A stretch of DNA of 64,000 nt from an uncultured Novosphingobium sp. Its GTDB lineage: Bacteria > Pseudomonadota > Alphaproteobacteria > Sphingomonadales > Sphingomonadaceae. This document shows, in pieces, positions 42,750 to 54,057 of this stretch. A program made the translations under genes and the position numbers. The notes under the pieces are model-generated. The model was not told the DNA's origin. It was given only the letters and a program-made list of their open reading frames with translations, and made no database searches. Where the stretch lies: positions 945 to 64,944 of the forward strand of contig CALMJG010000020.1 of assembly GCA_937864195.1 (NCBI GenBank). The letters run 5' to 3'. How positions within the stretch are numbered: the stretch's first letter is position 1; each line of letters begins with the position of its first letter.

Positions 42750-43613
42750 ATGTACGCCGTGATCGGCATCGTCATCCTGCTCGTCATGGTGTTCGGCGGC
42801 TTCGCGCTTACCGGAGGGGCGCTCGGCCCGGTGATGCACGCCATCCCGCACGAAATGCTGATCATCGGCGGCGCCGCTGTCGGCGCGCTGGTGACGGGCA
42901 ATTCGCTCCACGGGCTGAAGGCGCTGGGCGGCGCCCTGGGGAAGGTGTTCAAGGGCCCGCGCCACACCAGGCAGGACCACATCGACGTGATCGTGCTGAC
43001 CACCAAGCTGATGAAGTTGCTGCGCGCCGAAGGGCCGGTGGCGCTGGAAAGCCACGTTACCGACCCCGCCGCTTCCGCGATCTTCGCCGAATTCCCGCGC
43101 CTGCTGGCCAACAAGGAACTGATCGCGCTGATCAGCGACACGCTGACGCTGATCGTGGTTTCTTCCGGCACGCTGGAAGTCAACGCGGTGGAAGACGTGA
43201 TGGACAATGCGATGAAGACGCACTTCCATGAAATGCACGAACCGCAGCACAACCTGCAGAACCTGGCCGACGCCCTGCCCGCGCTGGGCATCGTCGCGGC
43301 GGTGCTGGGGGTGGTCAAGACCATGGGTTCGATCGACAAGCCTCCTTCGGTGCTGGGCGGGATGATCGGATCGGCGCTGGTCGGCACCTTCATGGGGGTG
43401 CTGCTGGCCTATGGCATCGTCGCGCCGATCGCAGGGCGGCTGAAGCAGGTGCTGGACGCGGACGAGCAGATCTTTCACGCGGTAAAGCAGGTGATCATCG
43501 CCTCGCTTCACGGCTGGCCCCAGCCGCTGGTGGTGGAAAGTGCGCGCTCTGGCCTGGGCCACGATTTCCGCCCCGGCCTGTCCGAACTGCTTGATAGCCT
43601 GCGGGGGCGCTAG
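42750..43613 (+). CDS. motA: Flagellar stator protein MotA (canonical, 4-TM)
   Basis: 287 aa. Two N-terminal TM helices, a cytoplasmic loop, and the C-terminal channel helices (…ALPALGIVAAVLGVV…GSALVGTFMGVLLAYGIVAPI…). Confidence 0.9.
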   Translation: MYAVIGIVILLVMVFGGFALTGGALGPVMHAIPHEMLIIGGAAVGALVTGNSLHGLKALGGALGKVFKGPRHTRQDHIDVIVLTTKLMKLLRAEGPVALESHVTDPAASAIFAEFPRLLANKELIALISDTLTLIVVSSGTLEVNAVEDVMDNAMKTHFHEMHEPQHNLQNLADALPALGIVAAVLGVVKTMGSIDKPPSVLGGMIGSALVGTFMGVLLAYGIVAPIAGRLKQVLDADEQIFHAVKQVIIASLHGWPQPLVVESARSGLGHDFRPGLSELLDSLRGR

Positions 43614-43616
43614 GCC

Positions 43617-44462
43617 ATGGCCGCCAAGCCGAAACCGGGCACCAAGGCCGAGCCGCCGCGCCCGATCATCGTCAAGAAGATCACCGTGGTCGAAGGCGGC
43701 CACCACGGCGGCGCGTGGAAGGTTGCCTATGCGGACTTCGTCACCGCGATGATGGCCTTCTTCCTGCTGCTGTGGCTGCTGGGGGCGACCAGCGAAAAGC
43801 AGCGCAAGGGCCTGGCCGACTATTTCACCCCCACCCTGGTCAAGCTGAAGCAGGAAAGCGCCGGTTCCAACGGGATGCTGGGCGGATCGTCGATCACCGA
43901 TGCCGACAATTACCCCAACCGCGCCGGGCAGACCGGCAACAAGGCGCTGACCATTCCGCTGGATACCACCGGCGGAGCGAAGGAAGGCGCGGAACGAGCG
44001 AGGCGCGTCCAGGCGATGCAGCAGCGGCTGGAAAAGAAGCTGGAGCAGAACCAGCGGATCGCGCGGCTGGCCCGGCAGGTGCGGATGGTCGACACCGCGC
44101 AGGGCATCCGCATCGATCTGGTCGACGATGCCGACTTCTCGATGTTCCAGCTTGGCACCACGGTGCTGACGGGTGACGCAGCCGAATTGCTGAAAGTGCT
44201 GAGTCAGGTCGTGAGCGGCGAACCGGGCGAGCTGACCATTCGCGGCCATACCGATGCCCTGCCGTGGAAGGGCGGGCTGGGCGCCAACAACTGGTCGCTG
44301 TCCGCCGGACGGGCCGAAGCGACACGCCAGGCCCTGCTGCGCGAAGGGATCGCCGAGGACCGCTTTCGCCGGATCGAGGGCGTGGCCGACCGCGAACCGC
44401 TAGTCCAGAACAACCCGCAAGACCCGCGCAACCGCCGCATCTCGATCCTGTTGCTGCGCTGA
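43617..44462 (+). CDS. motB: Flagellar stator protein MotB (canonical, OmpA-like C-terminus)
   Basis: 281 aa. GAWKVAYADFVTAMMAFFLLLWLL plug/TM with Asp. C-terminal OmpA-like region (…IRGHTDALPW…NWSLSAGRAEATRQAL…NRRISILLL). Confidence 0.9.
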   Translation: MAAKPKPGTKAEPPRPIIVKKITVVEGGHHGGAWKVAYADFVTAMMAFFLLLWLLGATSEKQRKGLADYFTPTLVKLKQESAGSNGMLGGSSITDADNYPNRAGQTGNKALTIPLDTTGGAKEGAERARRVQAMQQRLEKKLEQNQRIARLARQVRMVDTAQGIRIDLVDDADFSMFQLGTTVLTGDAAELLKVLSQVVSGEPGELTIRGHTDALPWKGGLGANNWSLSAGRAEATRQALLREGIAEDRFRRIEGVADREPLVQNNPQDPRNRRISILLLR

Positions 44463-44477
44463 GGGGATGATGCGAGG

Positions 44478-45173
44478 ATGGCGGCCATGCACATCGCCTT
44501 CCTGCTGTTCCCCGGCGTCACCCAGCTGGACCTGACCGGCCCCGCCCAGTTCCTTTCGCGCCTGCCGGAGGCGAAGGTCGATCTCGTCTGGGACAATCGC
44601 GATCCGGTGCCGACCGACGCGGGCTTTTCGATCCTGCCCACCGCGACCTTTGCCGAAGTGCCCCGCGCGGACCTGCTGTGTGTGCCGGGCGGCCTGGGCA
44701 TCGCCGGGGTGATCGACCATGCCCCCGCGCTCGATTGGGTGCGGCAGGTGGGCACGCAAGCGCAGTGGGTAACCAGCGTCTGCACCGGCGCGCTGGTGCT
44801 GGGCGCGGCGGGACTGCTGCGCGGCTACAAGGCGACCACCCACTGGGCCTGGCATGACATGCTCCCCCTGTTCGGAGCCGAGCCGGTCGCCGCGCGCCAT
44901 GTGATCGACCGCAACCGCGCGACGGGCGGCGGAGTGACGGCGGGCATAGACTTTGCGCTGGCCCTGATGGCGCGGATCGCCGGGGAGCCACACGCCCGCG
45001 CGGTGCAGTTGGCGCTGGAATACGATCCCGCCCCGCCCTTCGATGCCGGCAGCCCGGCCAAGGCGGGCGAGGCGCTGGTCGGCGTCTATGCCGAGCGCGC
45101 CAACCGGCTGGCCCCCACCCGCAAGGCCGACCTGATCGCCTCGGCGCGGCGACTGGGCTTTGCGACTGATTGA
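44478..45173 (+). CDS. DJ-1/PfpI-family protein
   Basis: 231 aa. Nucleophile-elbow Cys context WVTSVCTGALVLGAAGLL and GGGVTAGIDFAL. An alternative start exists at 44487. Confidence 0.75.
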   Translation: MAAMHIAFLLFPGVTQLDLTGPAQFLSRLPEAKVDLVWDNRDPVPTDAGFSILPTATFAEVPRADLLCVPGGLGIAGVIDHAPALDWVRQVGTQAQWVTSVCTGALVLGAAGLLRGYKATTHWAWHDMLPLFGAEPVAARHVIDRNRATGGGVTAGIDFALALMARIAGEPHARAVQLALEYDPAPPFDAGSPAKAGEALVGVYAERANRLAPTRKADLIASARRLGFATD

Positions 45174-45223
45174 AGCCGTGCCACTGTCCCCACCGATAAC
45201 ACCGGGAGGGAAATGCCGAACAC

Positions 45224-46384
45224 ATGAGTACCAAGCACTACACCCTGTGGGGCACGCCGCATTCGCTCTACACCGGCAAGGCGCGTTCCTACCTGATCAA
45301 GAAGCGGGTGCCGTTCGTCGAGCTGCTGGCTGGCGACCCGCGCTTTTTGGGCGAAGTCGTGCCCAAGGTCGGCCACATGGTGATCCCGGTGGTGGAAACG
45401 CCCGAGGGCGACCTGATCCAGGATTGCACCGCGATCATCGACCACTGCGAGGCGCGCTTTCCCGAAGGTCCGGCGATGGAACCGGCAGGCGGGGTGCAGC
45501 ACGTCGTCTCGCTGATCCTCGATGCCTTCGGCTCCAACTATTTCATGCCGCTGGCGATGCATTACCGCTGGTCCTACCGGGCACAGCAGGACGCCTTCCT
45601 GCGCGCCGAGTTCGCGCGGGCGATCCCGACATCATTGCCCTACGAAAACCGGCTGGCCGCCGCCGAAATGCTGATGGGCAAGTTCAACGGCTTCCTGCCC
45701 GGGCTGGGCGTCACGCCGGAAGTGATCCCGGCGATGGAGGACAGCTACAAGGAACTGCTGGGCCTGCTCGAAGCGCACTTCCGCACCCATCCCTACCTGA
45801 TGGGCGGGCGGCCCGGTCTGGCCGACTTCGGGATGATCGCCCCGCTCTATGCCCACCTCGCCCGCGATCCGGTGCCGGGCTTTCTGATGCGCACCACCGC
45901 CCCCAATGTCGCGCGCTGGACCGAGCGGATGAACGTGGCCGAAATCGCCGACAGCGACTACGCCGACACCAGCACCAGCTATCCGGCGAACGATGCGATC
46001 CCCGAAACGCTGGAGGCGCTGCTGGCCGCCGTCTTCGCCCACTGGGGACCGGGCCTGCTGGAAGACGCCGCGCAGTTCGGCCGCTGGCTGGACGGGCTGG
46101 ACGATCCCGCCCCCGGCACGCTGGTGTCGCACGATGGCAGCCGCTCGGTCCATCCGCACGTCGGGCGGATAGACTATGCCTGGCGCGGCGTGACCATGCG
46201 GCGCGGCAGCCACCCGCACTCGCTGTGGCACTTCGCCCGCGCGCAGGCGGCGGCGGCGGCGCTGGAGGGCGAGGCCCGGGCGCGGCTCGATGCGCTGCTG
46301 GAGCGCACCGGCGGCGCGGCGGTCATGGCGATCAGCACCGCGCGTCCGATCCTGCGGCAGAACAACGTGCTGGTGCTGGGGTAG
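45224..46384 (+). CDS. Glutathione S-transferase-family protein (long form)
   Basis: 386 aa. The N-terminal thioredoxin-like GST_N fold is suggested by YTLWGTPHSLYTGKARSYLIKKRVPF…VIPVVETPEGDLIQD. The C-terminal half is not recognised. Confidence 0.55.
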   Translation: MSTKHYTLWGTPHSLYTGKARSYLIKKRVPFVELLAGDPRFLGEVVPKVGHMVIPVVETPEGDLIQDCTAIIDHCEARFPEGPAMEPAGGVQHVVSLILDAFGSNYFMPLAMHYRWSYRAQQDAFLRAEFARAIPTSLPYENRLAAAEMLMGKFNGFLPGLGVTPEVIPAMEDSYKELLGLLEAHFRTHPYLMGGRPGLADFGMIAPLYAHLARDPVPGFLMRTTAPNVARWTERMNVAEIADSDYADTSTSYPANDAIPETLEALLAAVFAHWGPGLLEDAAQFGRWLDGLDDPAPGTLVSHDGSRSVHPHVGRIDYAWRGVTMRRGSHPHSLWHFARAQAAAAALEGEARARLDALLERTGGAAVMAISTARPILRQNNVLVLG

Positions 46385-46411
46385 CGCTGCCCGTATCCAG
46401 CTCCGCGCAAG

Positions 46412-46479
46412 CCGTTCGTGTCGAGCGTAGTCGAGACATGCAAGCGCTGACGTGTCTCGACTACGCTCGACACGAACGG
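46412..46479. repeat. Long perfect inverted repeat (27-bp arms, 14-nt loop), copy 1 of a repeat family
   Basis: CCGTTCGTGTCGAGCGTAGTCGAGACA…TGTCTCGACTACGCTCGACACGAACGG. It lies between the convergent GST-like and glpK genes and probably also acts as a bidirectional terminator-like hairpin. Confidence 0.9.
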
Positions 46480-46516
46480 AGGTGGTTTGGCGGAGTGAAG
46501 CCCAGGTTGGCGCCCC

Positions 46517-47998
46517 CTACTCCACCCAGTCCATCGCCCGCGTCACCGCCTTGTTCCACCGGGCGTAAAGCGCCGCGCGCTGGTCCTCGGCCATGCCGGG
46601 ATGCCAGCGCCGATCCTCGCCCCAGTTGTCGCGGATGTCCTCGGTCGAGGCCCAATAGCCGACCGCGAGGCCGGCGGCATAGGCGGCGCCCAGCGCGGTG
46701 GTCTCAATCACCCGGGGGCGGACCACCGGCACGCCCAGGATGTCGGCCTGGAACTGCATCAGCAATTCGTTGACCACCATGCCGCCATCGGTCCTGAGTT
46801 CGGTGATGGCAACGCCCGAATCCCGCGCCATCGCGTCCAGCACCTCGCGCGTCTGGAAGGCGGTCGCTTCCAGCGCGGCGCGCGCCAGATGGCCCTTGCC
46901 GGCAAAGCGGGTCAGCCCCGCGATCACCCCGCGCGCGTTGCTCTGCCAGTGCGGCGCATAGAGGCCGGAGAAGGCGGGCACGAAATAGACGTCGCCGTTA
47001 TCGGGCACGCTGGCCGCCAGTTCCTCGATCTCGGCGGCATTGGCGATCAGGCCCAGGTTGTCGCGCAGCCACTGGACCAGCGCCCCGGCGATCGAGATCG
47101 AGCCTTCCAGCGCATAGACCGCCGGCGCCTCGCCCAGCTTGTAGCCCAGCGTGGTGAGCAGGCCCGAGGTGGACGCGAAGGGCTTTTCCCCGGTGTTCAT
47201 CAGCATGAAGCAGCCGGTGCCATAGGTGTTCTTGGCCTCGCCGGGGGCAAGGCAGGCCTGACCGAACAGCGCCGCCTGCTGGTCGCCCAGGATCCCCGCC
47301 AGCGGCACGCCCTCCAGCACGCCCCGGCAGGTGCCGTAGACCTCGCTCGACGAGCGGATCTGCGGCAGGCAGGCACGCGGAATGTCCAGCAGGGCCAGGA
47401 TCTCCGCGTCCCAATCCAGCGTTTCAAGGTCCATCAGCTGGGTGCGCGAGGCATTGGTGACATCGGTGATGTGCAGGCCCGTCAGGTTCCAGGCCAGCCA
47501 GGTGTCGATCGTGCCGAACAGCAGCTCGCCGACCTCGGCCCGCGCGCGCGCTCCCGGCACCTCGTCCAGCAGCCAGCGCAGCTTGAGGCCGGAAAAATAG
47601 GTGGCGAGCGGCAGCCCTGTGCGCGCGCGCAGCCGGTCCTGCCCGCCATCGGCCGCCAGCGCCTGAACCAGCGCGTCGGTGCGGGTATCCATCCAGACCA
47701 GCGCGTTGTGCACCGGCTGGCCGGTGGCTCGGTCCCACAGTAGCGTCGTTTCGCGCTGGTTGGTGATCCCAACGGCAGCAAGGTCGCTGGCCGCCAGCCC
47801 CGCCCTGGCGAGCGCGCCCGCAATCACCGTCTGCGTGTTGGCCCAGATTTCCGCCGCGTCATGTTCGACCCAGCCGGGGCGCGGCATGATCTGCCGGTGC
47901 TCCATCTGCTCGGCCGCCACGATGGTCCCCGCATGGTCGAACACGATGAACCGGGTGCTGGTCGTCCCCTGGTCGATCGCGCCGATATAGCCTGCCAT
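46517..47998 (-). CDS. glpK: Glycerol kinase
   Basis: 493 aa. N-terminus [18 protein letters not shown] and full-length FGGY kinase similarity. Confidence 0.95.
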   Translation of the reverse strand: MAGYIGAIDQGTTSTRFIVFDHAGTIVAAEQMEHRQIMPRPGWVEHDAAEIWANTQTVIAGALARAGLAASDLAAVGITNQRETTLLWDRATGQPVHNALVWMDTRTDALVQALAADGGQDRLRARTGLPLATYFSGLKLRWLLDEVPGARARAEVGELLFGTIDTWLAWNLTGLHITDVTNASRTQLMDLETLDWDAEILALLDIPRACLPQIRSSSEVYGTCRGVLEGVPLAGILGDQQAALFGQACLAPGEAKNTYGTGCFMLMNTGEKPFASTSGLLTTLGYKLGEAPAVYALEGSISIAGALVQWLRDNLGLIANAAEIEELAASVPDNGDVYFVPAFSGLYAPHWQSNARGVIAGLTRFAGKGHLARAALEATAFQTREVLDAMARDSGVAITELRTDGGMVVNELLMQFQADILGVPVVRPRVIETTALGAAYAAGLAVGYWASTEDIRDNWGEDRRWHPGMAEDQRAALYARWNKAVTRAMDWVE

Positions 47999-48070
47999 TC
48001 CTGCTCCCCTTGTCCTTTCGCGCCAGTGCTATTGCAGCGCCGCGACCTGGGCAAGCGGACACGCGCAAGG

Positions 48071-48098
48071 GCCCGGCGGATCGGGGGAGCCGCCGGGC
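48071..48098 (-). terminator. GC hairpin downstream of fliC (terminator candidate)
   Basis: GCCCGGCGG-10 nt-CCGCCGGGC, a 9-bp stem about 40 nt after the fliC stop. No U-tract. Confidence 0.35.
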
Positions 48099-48138
48099 CA
48101 TGCCCGCGGGGGGCAGGCAATCTGCTTGCTGACGGTCC

Positions 48139-48966
48139 TTAACGGAGCAGCGACAGCACGTTCTGCTGGCTCTGGTTGGCCTGGGCGATCATCGCGGTCG
48201 AGGCCTGGCTGAGGATCTGCGCCTTGGCCATCGCGGTGGTTTCCGAAGAATAGTCGGTATCCTCGATCCGGCTGCGCGCGTCCGACAGGTTGGTCGAATT
48301 GCTGGTCAGGTTGTTGACCACCGTTTCAAGCCGGTTCTGCCCCGCACCCAGCGCGGCGCGGGCCGAATTGATGCTGTCAAGCTCGCCGTCGATCGTCCCC
48401 AGCAGGGCGTTGGCGGCGGTCGCGGTCGAAACGTCATAGGATCCGGCGGCGCCGCCCGATGCCGCCAGGGTCGTCAGGTCGGCCATCGCCAGGCCCACCG
48501 TATCGCTGCCGTCGGCGCCGGTCTGGACCGTCACGGTCGCGGTCGAGCCATCGAAAAGTTCGACGCCGTTGAACTTGGTGTTGGTGATGACCTGGTCCAT
48601 CTGCGCGGTCAGTTCATCCACTTCGGTCTGCATATAGGCGCGGTCGGTGGCGTCCTGATAGGTGCCCGAAGCCGACTGGACCCCCAGTTCGCGCACCCGC
48701 TGGAGCATGTTGGTAACTTCGTTGAGCGCGCCTTCGGCGGTCTGGGCAAGCGCGATGCCATCGTTGGAATTGCGGATCGCCTGGTTCATGCCGCGCACCT
48801 GCGCCGTCATCGAAGTGGCGATGGCGAGGCCGGCGGCATCGTCCTTGGCGCTGTTGATGCGCTTGCCGGTCGACAGGCGCTCCATCGCCGAGCCCAGCGC
48901 CTTGGCGGCGGAGTTCGAGGCATTCGACGCCTTGATCGCGGAAATGTTGGTGTTGATAACAGCCAT
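48139..48966 (-). CDS. fliC: Flagellin (short, D0/D1-only type)
   Basis: Start trimmed to ATG 48966 ([18 protein letters not shown]…). 275 aa. C-terminus [34 protein letters not shown]. Confidence 0.9.
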   Translation of the reverse strand: MAVINTNISAIKASNASNSAAKALGSAMERLSTGKRINSAKDDAAGLAIATSMTAQVRGMNQAIRNSNDGIALAQTAEGALNEVTNMLQRVRELGVQSASGTYQDATDRAYMQTEVDELTAQMDQVITNTKFNGVELFDGSTATVTVQTGADGSDTVGLAMADLTTLAASGGAAGSYDVSTATAANALLGTIDGELDSINSARAALGAGQNRLETVVNNLTSNSTNLSDARSRIEDTDYSSETTAMAKAQILSQASTAMIAQANQSQQNVLSLLR

Positions 48967-49034
48967 GAGTGACTCCCGTGGATAGTCCCGAAACGCAAGC
49001 CGTGTCGGACCATCCGGCGCGGCTGCCATGGCCA

Positions 49035-49061
49035 AGAGCGGCAGGAACGCGGGGAAATTAA
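49035..49061 (-). promoter_or_regulatory. Sigma-28-type promoter candidate for fliC
   Basis: The minus strand reads TTAA-tttccccgcgttcct-GCCGCTCT. Architecture and flanks (CCCTTAA…CCTGCCG) are the same as in the flgM promoter. The -10 element ends about 68 nt upstream of the ATG, giving a leader of roughly 60 nt. Confidence 0.45.
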
Positions 49062-49186
49062 GGGCAGCCCCAGTTTGCCCGCCCGCCCCCTGCGACGATC
49101 CGCAGGCCCCTGTTCCATAAGGATTTCCACGTGGCCTTAAATTACCGGAGCGTTTGACGTTCTGCGCGCATTACCCCTCCATCGAG

Positions 49187-50463
<1,277 letters not shown>

Positions 50464-50467
<4 letters not shown>

Positions 50468-50826
50468 GCGGCATCGGCGGCATCGGCGCGGGCGGCGGGA
50501 TCAACCAGATCCTCGCCATGCGCCAGCAGATCCTCGACCGTTCCCAGCTGCTCCAGCAGGTCCACACCGCCAGCACCCAGGAAACCGCGCCCGCGCAAGG
50601 GGCCGGATCGGGCTTCACCGATGCGCTGAAGAATGCGCTGGACGGGGTCAGCGAGGTCCAGAAGAAGTCCGAAACGCTGAGCGCCGGTTACGAGCGCGGC
50701 GAAGTGACCGATATCGCCCAGGTCATGCTGGCGCGGCAGGAATCGGGCATCGCCTTCGAGGCGACCCTGCAGGTCAGGAACCGGCTGCTGTCGGCCTACC
50801 AGGACATCATGCGGATGGGGGTCTGA
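50464..50826 (+). CDS. fliE: Flagellar hook-basal body complex protein FliE
   Basis: 120 aa. SGFTDALKNALDGVSEVQKKSETLSAGYERGEVTDIAQVMLARQESGIAFEATLQVRNRLLSAYQDIMRM. Confidence 0.85.
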
Positions 50827-50829
50827 TAG

Positions 50830-52449
50830 ATGAGCGAACTGGTTCCCACCGCCGTGCCCGCAGGCAGCGGCGCCCCGCTGATGCCGCTGACGCCGGCCAA
50901 TGCGCTGGAGCGGCTGCGCGGCATTTCCCGGCAGCCCGCCGCGCGCAAGGCGCTGCCGTGGTTCCTGGGCCTCTCCGCGCTGGGCGGCCTGGCGCTGACC
51001 TGGGCGCTGCTTTCGCCCTCGCCGCAGCGCGTGCTCTATTCCGAACTGGGCGACAGCGAACGCGCCTCGGTCGTGACCAGTCTCGACAAGGCGGGGATCG
51101 CCTACGAGATCGACAACCAGACCGGCGCGCTTAGCGTGGCCGAGAGCGAATTTCACCGGGCGCGGATGCTGGTCGCCTCGGACGGGGCACTGGCCAGCCC
51201 CGATGCCCCCGCCTCGCTCGACAGTCTGCCGCTGGGCGCCAGCCGCACGCTGGAAGGCGAACGCCTGCGCGCCGCGCGCGAGCACGAGCTGACCCTGACC
51301 ATCGGAGAGATCGAAGGCGTTGAATCCGTCCGCGTCCATCTGGCGGAGGCCAGCAAATCGGTGTTCGTGCGCGAGGATTCGCCCCCCACCGCCTCGGTCA
51401 TGGTCCGCATGGCGCGCGGGCGGCAGCTGGCCGACAGCCAGGTCGCCGCGATCGTCAACCTGGTCGCCGGATCGGTGCCGGGAATGTCGCCCGATGCGGT
51501 GCGGGTCGCCGACCAGCATGGCCGCCTGCTCTCGCAAAAGGGCGGGCAGGACGCCGACCACCTGGAACTGCAGGGGCGGATGGAAGACAAGCTGCGCACC
51601 CAGCTTGACCAGTTGCTCACCCCGATGCTGGGCGCGGGCAATTTCACCAGCGAGATCCAGGTCGAACTGGACCAGAGCGAAGTGACCACCGCGCGCGAAA
51701 GCTACGACAAGGAAGGCGTGCTGCGCAGCGAAAGCCAGGCGGCCTCGCAAAGCGCAGGGACTGGCCCCGCCGTGGGCGTCCCCGGCGTGCTGGCCAATAC
51801 CCCGCCCCCCGCCACTACCGCGCAGGCCGGACCGCCGCAGGGCACGCCGGGCGCCGGAGCGCCGCTCCAGAACGGCGAATCCAGCGCGACCCGCACTTAC
51901 GAACTGGGCCGCGAGGTGGCCGTCGCCAACAGCAAGCCGGGCGCGGTCAAGCGCCTCTCGGTCGCCGTGGCGATCAGCCAGTCGGCCGTGAAGCAGAACG
52001 GCAAGCCCGCGGATATCGAGGCGATCAAGGCCCTGGTCAGCGCCGCTACCGGCGCCAATCCCCAGCGCGGCGATCAGGTGCAGGTGATGGTCCGCCCGTT
52101 CGAGCCGGCTGCGGACACGGCCTTGCCGTTCTACGAGGCGCCGTGGTTCGCCACCCTTGCCCGCTCGGTCGTGGCGCTGCTGGCGGTGCTGCTGGTCCTG
52201 CTGCTGGGCGTGCGCCCGCTGCTGAAGACACTGCGCAAAAATCCTCCGCCCGCGCCCGAAGCCAGCGCCGCAGAGGCCGCCGCGCCCGGAGAAGACGGTC
52301 CGGCAGGCGATCCCACCCCCGCCGCCACCGATGCCGATCTTCTGGGCCGCCAGGTCAGCCTGGCCCAGCGGATCGTCGAGGAAAAGCCTGATGACGCCCT
52401 GCTGGCCCTGCGCCGGATGCTGGCCCAGCCGCAGGAAGGAGCCGCCTGA
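50830..52449 (+). CDS. fliF: Flagellar MS-ring protein FliF
   Basis: 539 aa. Typical N-terminal TM, YscJ/FliF domain (LYSELGDSERASVVTSLDKAGIAYEID) and C-terminal TM. Confidence 0.9.
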   Translation: MSELVPTAVPAGSGAPLMPLTPANALERLRGISRQPAARKALPWFLGLSALGGLALTWALLSPSPQRVLYSELGDSERASVVTSLDKAGIAYEIDNQTGALSVAESEFHRARMLVASDGALASPDAPASLDSLPLGASRTLEGERLRAAREHELTLTIGEIEGVESVRVHLAEASKSVFVREDSPPTASVMVRMARGRQLADSQVAAIVNLVAGSVPGMSPDAVRVADQHGRLLSQKGGQDADHLELQGRMEDKLRTQLDQLLTPMLGAGNFTSEIQVELDQSEVTTARESYDKEGVLRSESQAASQSAGTGPAVGVPGVLANTPPPATTAQAGPPQGTPGAGAPLQNGESSATRTYELGREVAVANSKPGAVKRLSVAVAISQSAVKQNGKPADIEAIKALVSAATGANPQRGDQVQVMVRPFEPAADTALPFYEAPWFATLARSVVALLAVLLVLLLGVRPLLKTLRKNPPPAPEASAAEAAAPGEDGPAGDPTPAATDADLLGRQVSLAQRIVEEKPDDALLALRRMLAQPQEGAA

Positions 52450-53480
52450 TGACCGATGCCGCCACGCTTCCGCCGCCGCCCGCGCTGGACGATGCCGCCC
52501 GCGCGGCGGTGATGGTCATGCTGCTCGACGAGGCTCAGGCCGCGACGATCCTTGCCCGGCTCGAACCGCAGGAACTCCAGCTGCTGGGCGAGAAGATGTG
52601 CCTGCTGGGCGAGATCGGCCCGGACCTCATCACCGAGGCGATCGGCGGCTTCGTCAAGAGCGCGGAACGCCAGGGGATCGCCGAGGGCAACCGTCCGGCC
52701 CAGTTCCGCTCGCTGATCACCAGCGCGCTTGGCGAAGTGAAGGCCGACAGCCTGATGCAGCGCATCCTGCCGATGGGCGAAGAGCGCGGCCCGGCGATCG
52801 AGCTCGCCCGCTGGCTCACCCCGCAGGCGCTGATCCCGCTGGTCAGGGACGAACACCCCCAGGCGCTGGCCGTGCTGCTGGTCCAGCTGGAACCCGAAGT
52901 CGCCGCGCAGGTGCTCCATGCCCTGCCCGCCTCTGTCCAGCCGCAGGTGATGCACCGCGTCGCCACGCTCGGCCCGGTCCCGGCCGAGGCGATTGCCATG
53001 CTGGAGGAGCTGCTGGAACGGCGGATCGCCGCCAGCCACGGCCAGGCCACGCTTACCATGGGCGGGGCGCGCGGCGCGGCCGAGATCATCAACAACGCCG
53101 GCAAGGCCGCCGAAAAGCGGATCATGCCGGAGCTGACCCGGATCGACAAGACGCTGGCCCGCGAGATCGAGAACGAGATGTTCAAGTTCGAACACCTCTT
53201 CGCGCTCGATCCGCAGGCGATGGGCTCGCTGCTGCGCGAAGTCGAAAGCGACATGCTGATCAATGCCTTGAAGGGCATTGCCGATGTCCAGCGCGAGGTG
53301 TTCTTCCGCGCCATGTCAAGCCGCGCGGCGGAGGGCGTGAAGGACGAGATCGCCGCGCGCGGACGGCTCAAGCTGGCCGAAGTGATCGAGGCCCAGAAGG
53401 CCATCGTCGCCGCCGCGCGCCGCCTCGCCGCGGAAGGAGTGATCGCGTTCGGCGCGGGCGGGGACGACGAATATGTCTAG
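52449..53480 (+). CDS. fliG: Flagellar motor switch protein FliG
   Basis: 343 aa. …MFKFEHLFALDPQAMGSLLREV…LINALKGIADVQREVFFRAMSSRAAEGVKDEI…. Confidence 0.9.
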   Translation: MTDAATLPPPPALDDAARAAVMVMLLDEAQAATILARLEPQELQLLGEKMCLLGEIGPDLITEAIGGFVKSAERQGIAEGNRPAQFRSLITSALGEVKADSLMQRILPMGEERGPAIELARWLTPQALIPLVRDEHPQALAVLLVQLEPEVAAQVLHALPASVQPQVMHRVATLGPVPAEAIAMLEELLERRIAASHGQATLTMGGARGAAEIINNAGKAAEKRIMPELTRIDKTLAREIENEMFKFEHLFALDPQAMGSLLREVESDMLINALKGIADVQREVFFRAMSSRAAEGVKDEIAARGRLKLAEVIEAQKAIVAAARRLAAEGVIAFGAGGDDEYV

Positions 53481-54057
53481 CCTGCCGCTCCGCGCCTTTG
53501 CCCCCAGCAGCGGCTTTGCCAGCGATCCGCGCTTCTCCGCCGCACCAGAGCCGCCGCCGCCCGAACCGGAACCGCAGGCCGAAGCGCCCGATCCGGTCGC
53601 GCTGGCCTGGGCCGAGGGCCATGACGCGGGCCGCGCCGAAGCGCTGGCGGAATCCGAGGCCCGCATGGCCGAGGACGAGGCCGCGCGCGGGCAGATCGAA
53701 CTGTCGCTCGCGCGGCTCGATGCGGAGCTGGCCGAGCAGCTGCGCCAGAAGCTTTACGCCACGGTCGCGGCGCTGTGCGAGGCGGCGATTGCCCCCCTGG
53801 CGCTCGATCCGGCGGCGCTGGCCGCGCGGGTGGAACGCGCCGCCGCGATGCTGGCGCGGGCGGACGACGAACGGCTGCTGCGGCTCCACCCCGACGACCT
53901 GGCACTGGTCGCCGCGCGCTTGCCCGAGGGGCTGGAGGCCCTGCCCGACCCCGCGCTCGAACGCGGGGCGCTGCGGATCGAAAGCACGGCGGGCGGGGTT
54001 GAGGATGGCCCTTCGCACTGGCGGCGCGCGATTGCCGAGGCGCTGGCGGGATGCTGA
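53473..54057 (+). CDS. fliH: Flagellar export ATPase regulator FliH (short)
   Basis: 194 aa. Position between fliG and fliI with overlapping codons. Glu/Ala-rich helical centre and FliH-like C-terminal region. Confidence 0.65.
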   Translation: MSSLPLRAFAPSSGFASDPRFSAAPEPPPPEPEPQAEAPDPVALAWAEGHDAGRAEALAESEARMAEDEAARGQIELSLARLDAELAEQLRQKLYATVAALCEAAIAPLALDPAALAARVERAAAMLARADDERLLRLHPDDLALVAARLPEGLEALPDPALERGALRIESTAGGVEDGPSHWRRAIAEALAGC

